Shown here: positions 1-10,393 of the stretch, in pieces
Position numbering within the stretch: the stretch's first letter is position 1
How the letters are laid out: each line of letters opens with the position of its first letter
NCBI GenBank assembly: GCA_963835575.1
Contig: CAWIGG010000004.1
Coordinates: forward strand, 928,001 to 992,000
Reading direction: 5' to 3'
Source of the DNA: an uncultured Spirochaetota bacterium
GTDB lineage: Bacteria; Spirochaetota; Brevinematia; Brevinematales; JAOACQ01
Length of the DNA: 64,000 bases
The notes under the pieces: generated by a model
Databases searched by the model: none
The model's input: the letters and a program-made list of their open reading frames with translations, nothing else
Told to the model about the DNA's origin: nothing
Made by a program: the position numbers and the translations under genes

Positions 1-32
1 CGCGCGAGGCTTTCGACTTTTTTAATGTCCAT
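1..32 (-). CDS. 5' end of next pterin-operon gene, probably GTP cyclohydrolase I (runs off window)
   Basis: ATG at 32 overlaps the folK end, preceded by GAGGAGG; reads MDIKKVESLAR; identity inferred from operon context only. Confidence 0.4.
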   Translation of the reverse strand, partial: MDIKKVESLA

Positions 33-543
33 TGCTTAAAATCCTCCTCAGTTTCTTTGTATATCCCAATAAAGGTTTCATATCGTTCTCTTTTAAATTT
101 TCAGCGATCTGGCCGATGGTTAATCTCCATTCTGGAAACGACATTTCATTATCCAGTTCAAAGAGCGGTATCGCCAGAAAGGGCCTTTTCAGGATATGGG
201 GATCGGGGATGTCCAGGTCCTTGTCATGGACGGAAAGCCGGCCAAAGACAAGAATATCCAGGTCTATGGGTCGTGATGCGGATTTATCCCCGGTCCTTTT
301 CCGGCCCAGTTTTTCCTCGATCATCCTCAGGATCAGAAGTTTAAGGTCGGTGGGGGAGTAATGCGTTTCAATCTTCACAACTCCGTTATAATATAAGAGC
401 TGATCCGGCCTGTCAACCGGTTCAGTCTTATAAAAGGTCGAAATCCCGGTGATATTGACATCTTTAGAAAGCAGATCCAGGGCTTCGATGATGTTTTTTT
501 CCGGTTCAATATTGGAGCCCATGCCGATATAAGCGGTTTCCAT
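22..543 (-). CDS. folK: 2-amino-4-hydroxy-6-hydroxymethyldihydropteridine diphosphokinase
   Basis: AYIGMGSN, YKTEP, YYNGVV, RPIDLDI and IPDP..KRPF motifs of HPPK; start moved to METAYIG. Confidence 0.93.
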   Translation of the reverse strand: METAYIGMGSNIEPEKNIIEALDLLSKDVNITGISTFYKTEPVDRPDQLLYYNGVVKIETHYSPTDLKLLILRMIEEKLGRKRTGDKSASRPIDLDILVFGRLSVHDKDLDIPDPHILKRPFLAIPLFELDNEMSFPEWRLTIGQIAENLKENDMKPLLGYTKKLRRILSNGH

Positions 544-544
544 T

Positions 545-901
545 TTATTTTTCCTTTTCCCTGTAAATTTCAACGCCGACGCTTCTGGCGAAGCGGAGCG
601 CGGAAGGCTTTTCCACAAGGACCTGTACTGCCTTCACGCCGCTGAATTCCAGGCAGATTTCCGAGATTTTTTCCGCCAGGGCTTCAATGAGAAAAAACTG
701 TGAAGATTCTACAGTGCTGAAAACCTGTTTTTTAATGGCGCGGTAATCCACCGTGTCCTCAAAACGGTCTGTCCCGCAGGCTTTTTTCAGATCGGCGGAC
801 AGAGTGATATTAATAATGACATCCTGTTTTTCCCGCCTTTCCTCCTCGTTAATCCCGATGATGCAGCGGGCCAGCAGGTCTTTAATATGAATTTTATCCA
901 T
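545..901 (-). CDS. folB: dihydroneopterin aldolase (FolB/FolX family)
   Basis: IGINEEER..Q, TVDY, LIEALAE, VEKP..LRFA; adjacent to folK. Confidence 0.88.
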   Translation of the reverse strand: MDKIHIKDLLARCIIGINEEERREKQDVIINITLSADLKKACGTDRFEDTVDYRAIKKQVFSTVESSQFFLIEALAEKISEICLEFSGVKAVQVLVEKPSALRFARSVGVEIYREKEK

Positions 902-956
902 AATGACTCCTCCGATCCTGTTTTATCTATCCGGGGATTTCTAGCTTACAGGTTGG

Positions 957-1054
957 AACCACAGATTACACCGATTTTACAGATATTTCTCTAATAAGTC
1001 TGGATTTCTATTTCCAAAACTTATAATCTGTGTTTTCTGTGAAATCTGTGGTTC
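957..1054. repeat. inverted array of degenerate ~9-mer repeats (CACAGATT... / ...AATCTGTG)
   Basis: accacagattacaccgattttacagat ... aatctgtgttttctgtgaaatctgtggtt. Confidence 0.7.
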
Positions 1055-1105
1055 AGTTTCCTTGTTCCATACCTGTTAAACTATTTATTCTATCAAAATG
1101 TTTTT

Positions 1106-1843
1106 TTAACCTGCCGTTAAGTGCCATCCCCCGTCGACAAAGATGATTTCCCCGGTGATAAATTCGCTCTTTATTAAAAATAAAACAGTTTCCGTTATGT
1201 CCCGGACGCTGCCATGGCGCTTTAATGGGACAGCTTCGCTTAAACCATTAAGGTATTTTTCGTCTTTACCGGCCGGCGGAAGGATCAGACCAGGGGCTAT
1301 GCCGTTGACGCGGATACCGGGGGCGAATTCAAGCGCCGTCAATTTTGTGAATGATTCCAGCATTTTTTTGCCGAATAGATAAGACACATGCTTTTTATTG
1401 AAGCCCTTGATGCGGCTGTCCAGCAGGTTGATTATCACGCCATTTTTTACCTTGAGAGCGAATTCGCGGCTGAGGTAAAAAGGCGCCCAGGCGTTAATCC
1501 GGATATTTTTGATCAGGCCTTCCCATTTTAAATCCATGACAGTATCTGTAGGAAACAGGGAAGCGCTGTTGATGAGGATGTCTAATGAGCCGATCTTTTC
1601 AATTGAGGCGGATATCAAATTTTTATAATCTTTTTCATTTTCAAAATCAGCTTTTATCAAAGAGCATTTCACTCCTTTTTTTTCAAGTTCCAGCCGCAGG
1701 CTTTCCGCCTCGCCGGCCGAATCTTTATAGTGAATGACGATATCCGCTCCTTCAGAAGCCAGCGCGAGCGCAATTTCCCGCCCAATCCTTCTGGCCCCGC
1801 CTGTAATCAGCGCAGTTTTACCCCCTAAAAAGCCTTTCCCCAT
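1106..1843 (-). CDS. SDR oxidoreductase, pteridine reductase/FolM-like
   Basis: TGGARRIG, INSAS, YxxxK (YLFGK), RVNGIAPG, VDGG; pterin operon context. Confidence 0.85.
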   Translation of the reverse strand: MGKGFLGGKTALITGGARRIGREIALALASEGADIVIHYKDSAGEAESLRLELEKKGVKCSLIKADFENEKDYKNLISASIEKIGSLDILINSASLFPTDTVMDLKWEGLIKNIRINAWAPFYLSREFALKVKNGVIINLLDSRIKGFNKKHVSYLFGKKMLESFTKLTALEFAPGIRVNGIAPGLILPPAGKDEKYLNGLSEAVPLKRHGSVRDITETVLFLIKSEFITGEIIFVDGGWHLTAG

Positions 1844-1845
1844 AT

Positions 1846-2163
1846 TTACCTCAATAAATCGATCTTTGCCGCCAGAATGAAGTCATTCATGGACAAGCCG
1901 CCGATCTTATGCGTCGATAAATTCAGCCTCACTTTATTGTAAGAAATAGCGATGTCGGGATGATGGTCTTCGGCATGCGCTAAATCGGCAACTTTATTGA
2001 CAAACTGCATGGCCTCTTCAAAATCTTTATATATAAATTCCCGAGTTAGAAGGGACGTTTTGAAAATCCAATCCGGTATTTCTTTCAACATCTGCTGTAT
2101 AGTTTTAAGATCAAGCGGCAGGATGTTTTTATCGATACGCGTGCATTTGAGACTGCTGAGCAT
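1846..2163 (-). CDS. pterin-4-alpha-carbinolamine dehydratase
   Basis: AEDHHPDI, LSTHKIGGLSMNDFILAAKID. Confidence 0.92.
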   Translation of the reverse strand: MLSSLKCTRIDKNILPLDLKTIQQMLKEIPDWIFKTSLLTREFIYKDFEEAMQFVNKVADLAHAEDHHPDIAISYNKVRLNLSTHKIGGLSMNDFILAAKIDLLR

Positions 2164-2171
2164 AAAGCCTC

Positions 2172-3380
2172 CTAATAGGCGATCGCGTTTTTCAATTCTT
2201 CCGGCTTAATTTTTGTCTGCTTTCGTATTAAATCCCTCGCGGCCGGTATTTTATCCCAGACATTGCAGAGCAAAACGCCTCTGACAATATCGTCTTTCAA
2301 ATAATAAATAATGCCGGTGTCGTATTCTTTTTTCCAGACATCGATAGTATTAAGCTGCGGGTTGATATCGCCGGCCGCCTCGTAGCCGAACTCAAAAAGA
2401 TCCGAGAAAAAGTATGGTATAATATCGAATTTTGTGTAAGCGCCGGCCATGTTGTTGCCCGCTGTTTTACCCTGAGCCATGGAATTATCCCAATGCTCGA
2501 TCCTTAAACGCTCGCCCAGGGCTATTGAAATAAAATTTGTATTATCGCCGGCCGAATAAATGTCCGGGTTGGAAGTCTGCAGGTATTCGTTTACCATGAT
2601 CCCGTTGCCGGTGTTTAATCCGGATTTCTGGGCCAGATCCATCGCCGGCATGATGCCGATGCCCGCGATGATGATGTCTGATATTATTTCTTTTCCATTT
2701 TTTGTTTTTGTTAAGATACTGCGGCCTTTCTTTTCGAAAGAAACCGGAATGTCCTGATTGAGAATTGTTATTCCGCGCTTAATATAATGTTTCTGCATCG
2801 TTGTGCCCAGGCCCTCGGGGAATATCCTCTGCACCATATAATCTTCCGGAAAGATCATGGTTACATCCACTTTATTGATATTAAGGGACGCGGCCAGCTC
2901 GGAACCGATAAAGCCCCCGCCGATGATAACGGCTTTTCTGCCTTCCTCTGCCATGGCGCGGATGTTTTTATAATCGTTCATGGTCCTGAAATAACAGATT
3001 TCATCAAGGCGGCTGTCCGGGATATCCATTTTACGCGGTATCCCGCCTGTGGCAAGGAGAAGTTTTGTATAGGAAATATTTTCCCCATTATCAATAACAA
3101 GTTCTTTTTCCTTTATATCTAGATTGATTACGGTTGTTCCCAGGGCCAGATCGACATGATTGCCTTTATAGAAAGAATCATCATGAAGAAATATCTCTGA
3201 TAGTTTCTTTTTACCCAGCCAGAGCTTCTTGGATAAAGGAGGCCTGTCATACGGCATGTTCTTTTCAGAACCGATGAGTAAAATTGTGCCGTTTTTATCC
3301 ACTTCTCTAATGCCGTCAATGGCCGATACTCCCGCCAACCCGCTTCCCACAATCACATATTGATATTTATTTCCAGTCAT
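2172..3380 (-). CDS. FAD-dependent pyridine nucleotide oxidoreductase (ferredoxin reductase-like)
   Basis: GSGLAG, PYDRPPLSK, LLLATG, IGGGFIGSE, AGD, RIEHW, PYFFSD. Confidence 0.9.
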   Translation of the reverse strand: MTGNKYQYVIVGSGLAGVSAIDGIREVDKNGTILLIGSEKNMPYDRPPLSKKLWLGKKKLSEIFLHDDSFYKGNHVDLALGTTVINLDIKEKELVIDNGENISYTKLLLATGGIPRKMDIPDSRLDEICYFRTMNDYKNIRAMAEEGRKAVIIGGGFIGSELAASLNINKVDVTMIFPEDYMVQRIFPEGLGTTMQKHYIKRGITILNQDIPVSFEKKGRSILTKTKNGKEIISDIIIAGIGIMPAMDLAQKSGLNTGNGIMVNEYLQTSNPDIYSAGDNTNFISIALGERLRIEHWDNSMAQGKTAGNNMAGAYTKFDIIPYFFSDLFEFGYEAAGDINPQLNTIDVWKKEYDTGIIYYLKDDIVRGVLLCNVWDKIPAARDLIRKQTKIKPEELKNAIAY

Positions 3381-3633
3381 ATCAGCCTCCTATTTCATTT
3401 ATATATCTTTTTAATAATTTAAACATTATTTCTCAATTCGAAAAGACATATTTTTAAATTTATTTCCCAATAGACCATTATTAATTATGAATGGTAAACA
3501 ATATGAATGAAAAATTGACTTTATGTTGGTTGCTTTTTATCATTTTTACCTAAAAATTTGATGATTTGTTCTTTATTATCATTAAAAAGCAGCTGCACAA
3601 GGTTGGGTTTTTAGAACCGCTTTAAAAATATTA

Positions 3634-5153
3634 GTAACTATCCAGCCACTAAAAAATAGTCACATGAAATATTTGCATTGAGCATGAAACCATGCTATTC
3701 TATAGCATGAATGAAGATAGAAGAGAAAAAGACTGTGCGGCCTGCTTAAAACGATTTGAAGGCATCATTGCTGATTTACAAAACCAGATAAAGGAGCAGG
3801 GTTTAATCATTCAAAGACAAGCGGAAAAGATTAAGAAATTGGAAGAACAGCTTAATAAGGACAGCCATAACAGCAATAAACCGCCGTCTTCCGATAATCC
3901 ATTCCAAAATACAGTAAAGAATTTACGGAAAAAGAGCGGTAAAAAACAAGGCGGCCAGTTTGGACATAAGGGAAATACTCTGAAGAAAGTAGAAAGCCCT
4001 GATAAGATCATAGAACATCAGGTTGAAAAATGTTCCTGTTGTGGAATTGATTTAAGTTCCGAATCAGTTAAGCGGACGGAAAGAAGGCAGGTGTTCGATA
4101 TACCTCCGATAAAAGTGGAAGTTACCGAACATCGCTCGGAAGTAAAAGATTGTCCGCATTGCGGTGCGAGAGTAACGGCGGAGTTTCCGGAAGGCATAAC
4201 CAATAAGGCACAGTATGGAAAAAACATTAAAGCGCATCTGGTCTATATGAAAACATATGGGTTGATACCCTATGAAAGGCTTTCGGAATACGCCGAATGT
4301 TTATTGGGAGTGCCGCTCAGCAAGGCAACGATTGAAGGATTTATCCGGGAGACCTACAATAAATTAGAAGAGTATGAACAGAAAGTCATAGAACTGATAC
4401 TAAAAGAAGTGGTTCTTCACTGTGATGAAACCGGTATTCGGATAAAAGGGTTATTAAAATGGCTCCATGTTGCCTCGAATGAACGTTTTACCTATTATTT
4501 TTCTCATGACAAACGCGGCACAGAGGCGATGCGTGCGATGGACATTCTCACAAGATTTACCGGTATTATTATCCACGATGGATGGAAAAGTTATCTGGAA
4601 TTCTTATGCCGTCATGGATTGTGTAATGTACACCATTTGAGAGAGCTAATCTGGATACATGAGGAAATGGGTCAGGAATGGGCTAAGGAGATGGGTAATC
4701 TTCTTATAAGGATTAAGAATGATAAAGAGGCAAGTTTTCCAATACCGGCGGAAAGGATTATAGAATATGATACGGAATATGACCGGATCATCGCGAAAGG
4801 ATTTGCTGTAAATCCAACGCCTGAAAAGCCGGAAGGACTTGTTAAACGCGGCAGAAAAAAGCGGGGCAAGGTTTTATGCCTATTAGACCGATTAAGAAAA
4901 TATAAAGAATCTGTCCTTTTATTTATGCGGGAAAAAGATGTTCCATTCAGCAACAATTTGGCGGAACGGGATATCAGAATGATAAAAGTCCAGCAGAAAA
5001 TATCAGGTACATTCAGAAGCTGGAATGGAGCGGCTGCCTTTTGCAGAATCAGGGGTTATATATCTACAGTAAAAAAGATGGGCGTCAGTGTTTATCAAGC
5101 CCTTATTGACGCGTTGAACGGCTCCGCTATTAAATATGCGGCTGGATAGTTAC
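3634..5153 (+). mobile_element. IS66-family insertion sequence (single-ORF, ISBst12-like), 1520 bp
   Basis: 14-bp terminal IR GTAACTATCCAGCC / GGCTGGATAGTTAC; 8-bp direct repeat AAATATTA at 3626-3633 and 5154-5161. Confidence 0.95.
3692..5149 (+). CDS. IS66-family transposase
   Basis: NSNKPPSSD, GGQFGHKG, Zn finger, LHCDETG, HDGW, CNVHHLREL, NNLAERDIR..K. Confidence 0.95.
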   Translation: MLFYSMNEDRREKDCAACLKRFEGIIADLQNQIKEQGLIIQRQAEKIKKLEEQLNKDSHNSNKPPSSDNPFQNTVKNLRKKSGKKQGGQFGHKGNTLKKVESPDKIIEHQVEKCSCCGIDLSSESVKRTERRQVFDIPPIKVEVTEHRSEVKDCPHCGARVTAEFPEGITNKAQYGKNIKAHLVYMKTYGLIPYERLSEYAECLLGVPLSKATIEGFIRETYNKLEEYEQKVIELILKEVVLHCDETGIRIKGLLKWLHVASNERFTYYFSHDKRGTEAMRAMDILTRFTGIIIHDGWKSYLEFLCRHGLCNVHHLRELIWIHEEMGQEWAKEMGNLLIRIKNDKEASFPIPAERIIEYDTEYDRIIAKGFAVNPTPEKPEGLVKRGRKKRGKVLCLLDRLRKYKESVLLFMREKDVPFSNNLAERDIRMIKVQQKISGTFRSWNGAAAFCRIRGYISTVKKMGVSVYQALIDALNGSAIKYAAG

Positions 5154-5449
5154 AAATATTATTTAATAAAATTTCATTTTTTTTTAAACTTTATGGTATT
5201 ATATATAGTGGGAAATTGGTTCCGGGGCCGGGTTTAATTCGCCATAAATGAGCAATGTTAAGGTTCTTAATATCAGAAATATATATTTGATGGGAAATTC
5301 GTATCAGCAGCAATTTGTTGTTATTTATCAAGACTTTACGCTCATCAGCTTGTTTAATTAAAAATATCAGGGGAAAGTAAAAAAGTGATTTTGAGGCTGT
5401 ATAATGCATTAATTATGCAGTTGATTATAAAATATTTATGGTGGTATTT

Positions 5450-6493
5450 ATGATAGGTAAAAGATCTATTCATTCATTTTCTTTATTATGCCTGATTATA
5501 TCGGCAGTCAGCTTTTCTTCCTGTGATATTATGGCGAGAACGTTCGGGGACACCGATTTGAGCGGAAATTTAAAGAACCAGCCAAATGCCGATGTCTATG
5601 CGGCCGGTTATTTTGTTAATCCTAACTATCCTAGGGCCTGTTATTGGAAGAACGGTGTTGTAACACAGTTGGAGTCCCTAATGTCCTGTGTGGAATGTTT
5701 ATATATTTCCGGTTCCGATATGTACTGCGGGGGATGGATCAATGACGATAATACACTGCCTAAAGCCTGTATCTGGAAAAACGGCGGCAGGATTTTCACG
5801 GCTGACACCAATTCCGGTATAAGCGCGCTGACTGTCTCAGGGACTAATGTCTATGCCGGAGGAAGTTATAATGATATAGCCTGCATCTGGGTAAATGGGG
5901 TCAGGACAAATTTATATGACACACTATCTTGTGTTTATGCTTTAATTGTGTCAGGCACGGATGTTTACGCGGGCGGCTATTACACCAATGGCGTCATTCC
6001 TTATACGCCTATAGCCTGCATCTGGACAAACGGCGTCTGTATAACTCTGACCAATCTTTATTCTGAAGTGAAGGCGCTGGCGCTGTCCGGCCCGGATATC
6101 TATGCCGGCGGGTATTATACTAATTCTGAAGGGACTTTCATTTCAAAAGCCTGTGTCTGGAAAAACGGGGTCATGACCGGGCTGACGAATATTGATTCCT
6201 GTGTTAACGCTTTGATAATATCGGGATCGGATGTGTATGCCGGAGGATACTGCAGGAGCGGATTAATACAAAAAACCGCCAGCTATTGGAAAAACGGAGC
6301 ATATCAAATGGTGATGAATTCAGATTCGCAGTTATTTGCACTTGAAGTATCGGGTTCGTCAGTCTATGCCGGCGGTTATTATAGCGATACAAATATTCCG
6401 GCTACTATAGCTTGTTATTGGAAAAACAGCAGTGTAACAAGCCTTGAACATATTTCTTCATGTGTTAACGCAATAGCGGTAATACCCCGTTAA
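5450..6493 (+). CDS. lipoprotein with ~7 DVYAGGY...A.C.WKNG repeats (probable beta-propeller)
   Basis: hydrophobic signal ending FSS-C; tandem ~45-aa repeats SGxDVYAGGY / ACxWKNG. Confidence 0.75.
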   Translation: MIGKRSIHSFSLLCLIISAVSFSSCDIMARTFGDTDLSGNLKNQPNADVYAAGYFVNPNYPRACYWKNGVVTQLESLMSCVECLYISGSDMYCGGWINDDNTLPKACIWKNGGRIFTADTNSGISALTVSGTNVYAGGSYNDIACIWVNGVRTNLYDTLSCVYALIVSGTDVYAGGYYTNGVIPYTPIACIWTNGVCITLTNLYSEVKALALSGPDIYAGGYYTNSEGTFISKACVWKNGVMTGLTNIDSCVNALIISGSDVYAGGYCRSGLIQKTASYWKNGAYQMVMNSDSQLFALEVSGSSVYAGGYYSDTNIPATIACYWKNSSVTSLEHISSCVNAIAVIPR

Positions 6494-6678
6494 AAGAATG
6501 ACATGGCTTATTCTCATTTCAAACAATTCATAATATAAAGATTTTTCTTCAATAAATCAACATGAATATTCCCTTTATATTCACATTAAATCATTATTAA
6601 ATCTTCAAATCGGTCTTAATAACATCAAATCAGTCATAAGTATGAAGTTGAACTTAATTATTAAAAGCTTGTTATTTA

Positions 6679-8446
6679 TGGCCCTACTGCAAAAACAATC
6701 CTACCGATTCATGTACAAAAGTTGCATAACTCGTTATAATATATGCACATGAATCAGAGAGAGGTCAAAATGTTCAAGCTGAATCAGAGACATATAGAAC
6801 AGGATTTATATCCGGTAAGATATGAAATGAACCAGGAAATGAGAGAAAGTTTAAATGAAAGCTGGGCCGGGCTTTTTTACCAGAAAGTTTTCTCAAAAAT
6901 AAATGAGCGGAAGTTTGCTCCACTATATGACCCAAAACTTGGTAGGAGTAATTTCCCGGTCAACATATTAGCCGGGCTGGAAATCATGAAAGAGCTATTC
7001 TCTCTGACCGATGAACAGTTGTTTGAGCGGTATCGATATGATTTATCGTTTCGATACGCGCTGGGATTGGAAGACATCAACGCGCAGCAGATGTCGATCA
7101 GGACGTTATACTATTTTCGTGCCGCTGTGGCGGAGAATCAGGACGGGCTTTTTGACGTTATATTTGATGAGTTTCGGGATCTTTTAATTGGAGAGGTCGG
7201 GATCAAAACCGGACTGCAGAGGACAGATTCTGTAATGATTGGGGCCAATATCAAGCGGCTGAATCGGGTTATGCTGTTTCATAAAGTGTTGTCCAATATG
7301 GCGGAAGATGTTTCCAATGCTGGATTTTCCTTAAGTGAAAGATGTAAGGATTTTCTAAAACAAAATGAGGACGGATTCAGTTATCGACTGAAAAAGGAGA
7401 ATTACGAATCGAAAACGGTGGAAATTGGCGAGGAAATATTCGGGCTGATTACAGAGAACGTGTTTCACAATAAAGTCAGGAAACAAAAGAGTTTCCGGCA
7501 GGCAATGAGACTTTTGCGGGAACAATGCCGGATAGAAAAAGAAGGCAAGGTGACGCTGAAGCTGCCGCGGGAAATCAAAGCCTCATCGATGCAGTCGCCG
7601 GTGGACGAAGACGCGACCTACCGGGAGAAGCGGGGAAAACAGTATGTCGGGTATAAGGTGAACGCGGTTGAAACCTGTGACCCTCAAAATCCGATGCAGG
7701 TGATTACCAGCATAGAAACCGCATCAAATAATGCTGACGATGGGGATTTATTCCGCAGGCAACTATCTAATTTAAAAAAGGAAACGAATATTGAAACAGC
7801 GATAAGCGATGGCGGTTATAATTCTGAAGACCTTCGGAATGAGAGCGGCGAAGACGTTCAACTGGTAATGAGCGCGATACGCGGCGTCGATCTGGAAGGG
7901 ATAAAAAACAAAGCGAAACTTTCTGAGTATACAGACCCAAAAACCGGCAAATATGGGATGTGTCCGGCGGGAGAAATCCCGAATAGCATTATTGAAAATG
8001 AAGATGGTTCCGTGGTATTGAATTTTGATGTAAAAAAATGTGCCGCCTGCGATAAGAAAGAAAATTGTCTGGCCTGTGTCGGCAAGAAGCAAAGTCGGCT
8101 GGTAATAGACGCCAAAAGGGAATGGATGGATGAATTTTTGGAATTGATATGTATGGATGCAGGAAAATTTCTGATGGGACTACGCCCTGCCGTAGAAGGA
8201 TTGATGAGTTTATTGAAACCAAAGTATTTGAGCGGCAGGATTTTGTTCCGTGGTCTGGTAAAAGTCAAAACCCGCATGCTTTTAAGGGGAATCGGGATTA
8301 ATTTCAAGAGATATCGGGGCTATTTGGCTGATAAATCGAAGGCTGCCGCCGACATGGCCTTTGATTTCTTAATCTTTTTCCTTGTGCGGTTGAAAATTTG
8401 CCGGAATATCCCCTATGCTTGTGTTTGAATTTTTTCAGCAGGGCCA
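6679..8446 (+). mobile_element. DDE insertion sequence (IS1182/IS5-related), copy 1, 1768 bp
   Basis: imperfect IR TGGCCCTACTGCAAAAA / TTTTTCAGCAGGGCCA; TTTA on both flanks; second copy at 46071-47838. Confidence 0.93.
6770..8428 (+). CDS. transposase
   Basis: GRSNFP..L.G..IMKE N-domain, RTDS, D.DATYR.K, GYK, SDGGY, CxxC..C, R.AVEG; fills the IR-bounded element. Confidence 0.9.
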   Translation: MFKLNQRHIEQDLYPVRYEMNQEMRESLNESWAGLFYQKVFSKINERKFAPLYDPKLGRSNFPVNILAGLEIMKELFSLTDEQLFERYRYDLSFRYALGLEDINAQQMSIRTLYYFRAAVAENQDGLFDVIFDEFRDLLIGEVGIKTGLQRTDSVMIGANIKRLNRVMLFHKVLSNMAEDVSNAGFSLSERCKDFLKQNEDGFSYRLKKENYESKTVEIGEEIFGLITENVFHNKVRKQKSFRQAMRLLREQCRIEKEGKVTLKLPREIKASSMQSPVDEDATYREKRGKQYVGYKVNAVETCDPQNPMQVITSIETASNNADDGDLFRRQLSNLKKETNIETAISDGGYNSEDLRNESGEDVQLVMSAIRGVDLEGIKNKAKLSEYTDPKTGKYGMCPAGEIPNSIIENEDGSVVLNFDVKKCAACDKKENCLACVGKKQSRLVIDAKREWMDEFLELICMDAGKFLMGLRPAVEGLMSLLKPKYLSGRILFRGLVKVKTRMLLRGIGINFKRYRGYLADKSKAAADMAFDFLIFFLVRLKICRNIPYACV

Positions 8447-8544
8447 TTTATCAATCGATTGCGAAATCATTAAAGATTCATTGTTATTTGATTTTTAAAG
8501 AGATTATTTTTAATATTAATGTTTCCGGTAAATGGAGAAGATTA

Positions 8545-9021
8545 ATGAGAAAAATTAGAAACCCTTTTATTCAGATTAAAGGATATAACTGTTTTGCCTG
8601 CGCTCCGCATAATGAACATGGCCTTCGTATGGAATTTTATGAGGACGGCGATGAAGTGGCCGCGGTCTGGGAGCCGCGGGCTCATTTTCAGGGATACGGC
8701 AATATTCTGCATGGCGGTATTCAGGCAAGCCTTATGGATGAGCTGGCCGCATGGTATGTTTATGTCAAATTAAATACTGCGGGCGTCACTTCACAGATGG
8801 AAGTCAAATTTAAAAAGCCGGTATACACGAATGCCGGCCCGGTCAAAATCAGGGCAGTTTTAAAGGAAATGAATAAAAAAATCGCTATTATTTCAGCGGC
8901 AATTTCAGACCAATCGGGGACGGTCTGTTCGGAGGCGCTTGTTTCTTACTTTACTTTTCCCGAGGAGATAGCAAAAAAAAGGCTTTATTATCCCGGGCGG
9001 GACGCTTTTTTTGAAAAATAA
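8545..9021 (+). CDS. PaaI/hot-dog family thioesterase
   Basis: CFAC...N..GL, QGYGNILHGGIQASLMDE; start moved to MRKIRNPF. Confidence 0.88.
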   Translation: MRKIRNPFIQIKGYNCFACAPHNEHGLRMEFYEDGDEVAAVWEPRAHFQGYGNILHGGIQASLMDELAAWYVYVKLNTAGVTSQMEVKFKKPVYTNAGPVKIRAVLKEMNKKIAIISAAISDQSGTVCSEALVSYFTFPEEIAKKRLYYPGRDAFFEK

Positions 9022-9037
9022 AATGACGGAGGTTTTT

Positions 9038-9337
9038 ATGGCCGAGCATCCTCTCAGTGCCATGATGAGAATTGACCCGAAATTTATGGACAATTTAAAA
9101 AACATGGAAGAGCTGGTTTATAATGACGGGGCCCTGCCCAGGAAGATCAAACTGCTTATAGCCATGGCTTTTGACGCGGCGCATGGCGCGGATATGGGCG
9201 TCAAATCGCTCTCAATCGCCGCCCAGAAAGCGGGAGCTACTAAAGAGGAAATCGCCGAGGTGTTGAGAGTGACATTTCTTCTTACAGGCGTAGGGAGCCT
9301 CTATACAGCTTCCCAGGGGCTGAAGGATTTGCCTTAA
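9038..9337 (+). CDS. carboxymuconolactone decarboxylase family protein
   Basis: GALPRKIKLLIA, A.KAGATKEEIAE; GGAGG RBS before 9038. Confidence 0.85.
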   Translation: MAEHPLSAMMRIDPKFMDNLKNMEELVYNDGALPRKIKLLIAMAFDAAHGADMGVKSLSIAAQKAGATKEEIAEVLRVTFLLTGVGSLYTASQGLKDLP

Positions 9338-9559
9338 TAAGGCAGCCTCTTTTAGTTAATAATGAATTAATTACTTTTTTTGTCAACTGATGCTATAATA
9401 ATACCGGTAATTGAACAGGCATATTGTTTAATAAATTTCTTGTATTGTGCGGTTTATCTCTTTTACGGATCATTATCCTGCCGGGGATTGCGGGGTTTTC
9501 TTCCTGGAATAGGCAAAATAGCGCATGATAGTTAATAACATCAGATTACCGATAATAAT

Positions 9560-10231
9560 ATGAGCGGGACTATTATGGATATATTTGCTGTCATTATAGA
9601 TTTTTTCTCCAATCTTGAAACGGAAATGGACTTTCTTATTTTTAATCATGGAATTCTGACTTACTTTCTATTATTCCTTGTTATATTCTGCCTGACTGCC
9701 TTTATATTCGCGACTTTTATTCCGGGAGATTCAATCCTGTTTGCCACCGGCGCTCTGGTTTCAGGCGGTTCCCTGGATTGGTATATTTTGATTCCTGTTT
9801 TAATAGCGGCGGCTTTTCTGGGAAACACCTGCAATTACTGGATCGGATATTTTATCGAGGAAAGGGCCTTTCACAGCAGTAAATCAAAAATCTTTAATAA
9901 AGGAAATTTATTGAAAGCGCATCGATTTTATGAGAAATACGGCAGGTTAACTATTATTATTTCTCAATTTGTTCCCTTTGTGAGATCTTTCGCGCCTTTT
10001 GTCGCGGGTATTGCCAGGATGAATTTTAAGGACTTTTTGTTTAACAATTTAATCGGCGGGATTTTATGGGTCTCTACATTCTGCGTTGCCGGAATATTAT
10101 TGGGTAATATCCCGTTTTTAAGAGAAAACTCCCTTTTCTTTATTTCAATTTTATTTGTGTTCTCTCTTATTTTATTCCCGGTCATTGTCCTTATCCTGAG
10201 GAAATTAAAGAAATCCGCAAAATCCGGATAA
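9560..10231 (+). CDS. DedA family membrane protein
   Basis: FIPGDSILFATG, LGN..NY.IG, FYEKYG, FVPFVRSFAPFVAG. Confidence 0.9.
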   Translation: MSGTIMDIFAVIIDFFSNLETEMDFLIFNHGILTYFLLFLVIFCLTAFIFATFIPGDSILFATGALVSGGSLDWYILIPVLIAAAFLGNTCNYWIGYFIEERAFHSSKSKIFNKGNLLKAHRFYEKYGRLTIIISQFVPFVRSFAPFVAGIARMNFKDFLFNNLIGGILWVSTFCVAGILLGNIPFLRENSLFFISILFVFSLILFPVIVLILRKLKKSAKSG

Positions 10232-10393
10232 AAATTGGAAGATTGATTTTTCTTTACCATCATAACTAATCCAATAGATCAAATCATAAAACATTTATCC
10301 TGGTTGTTTTTGGAACCGCCATCAATTAAACGGAAATCGTATCTTATAATCATTAATTTGAATATCAGGATAATGATTGATATCCTTCAAATC

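Noticed and set aside
8398..8544. N-terminal extension of the thioesterase
   Set aside because: It begins inside the IS end; GGAG precedes the ATG at 8545.
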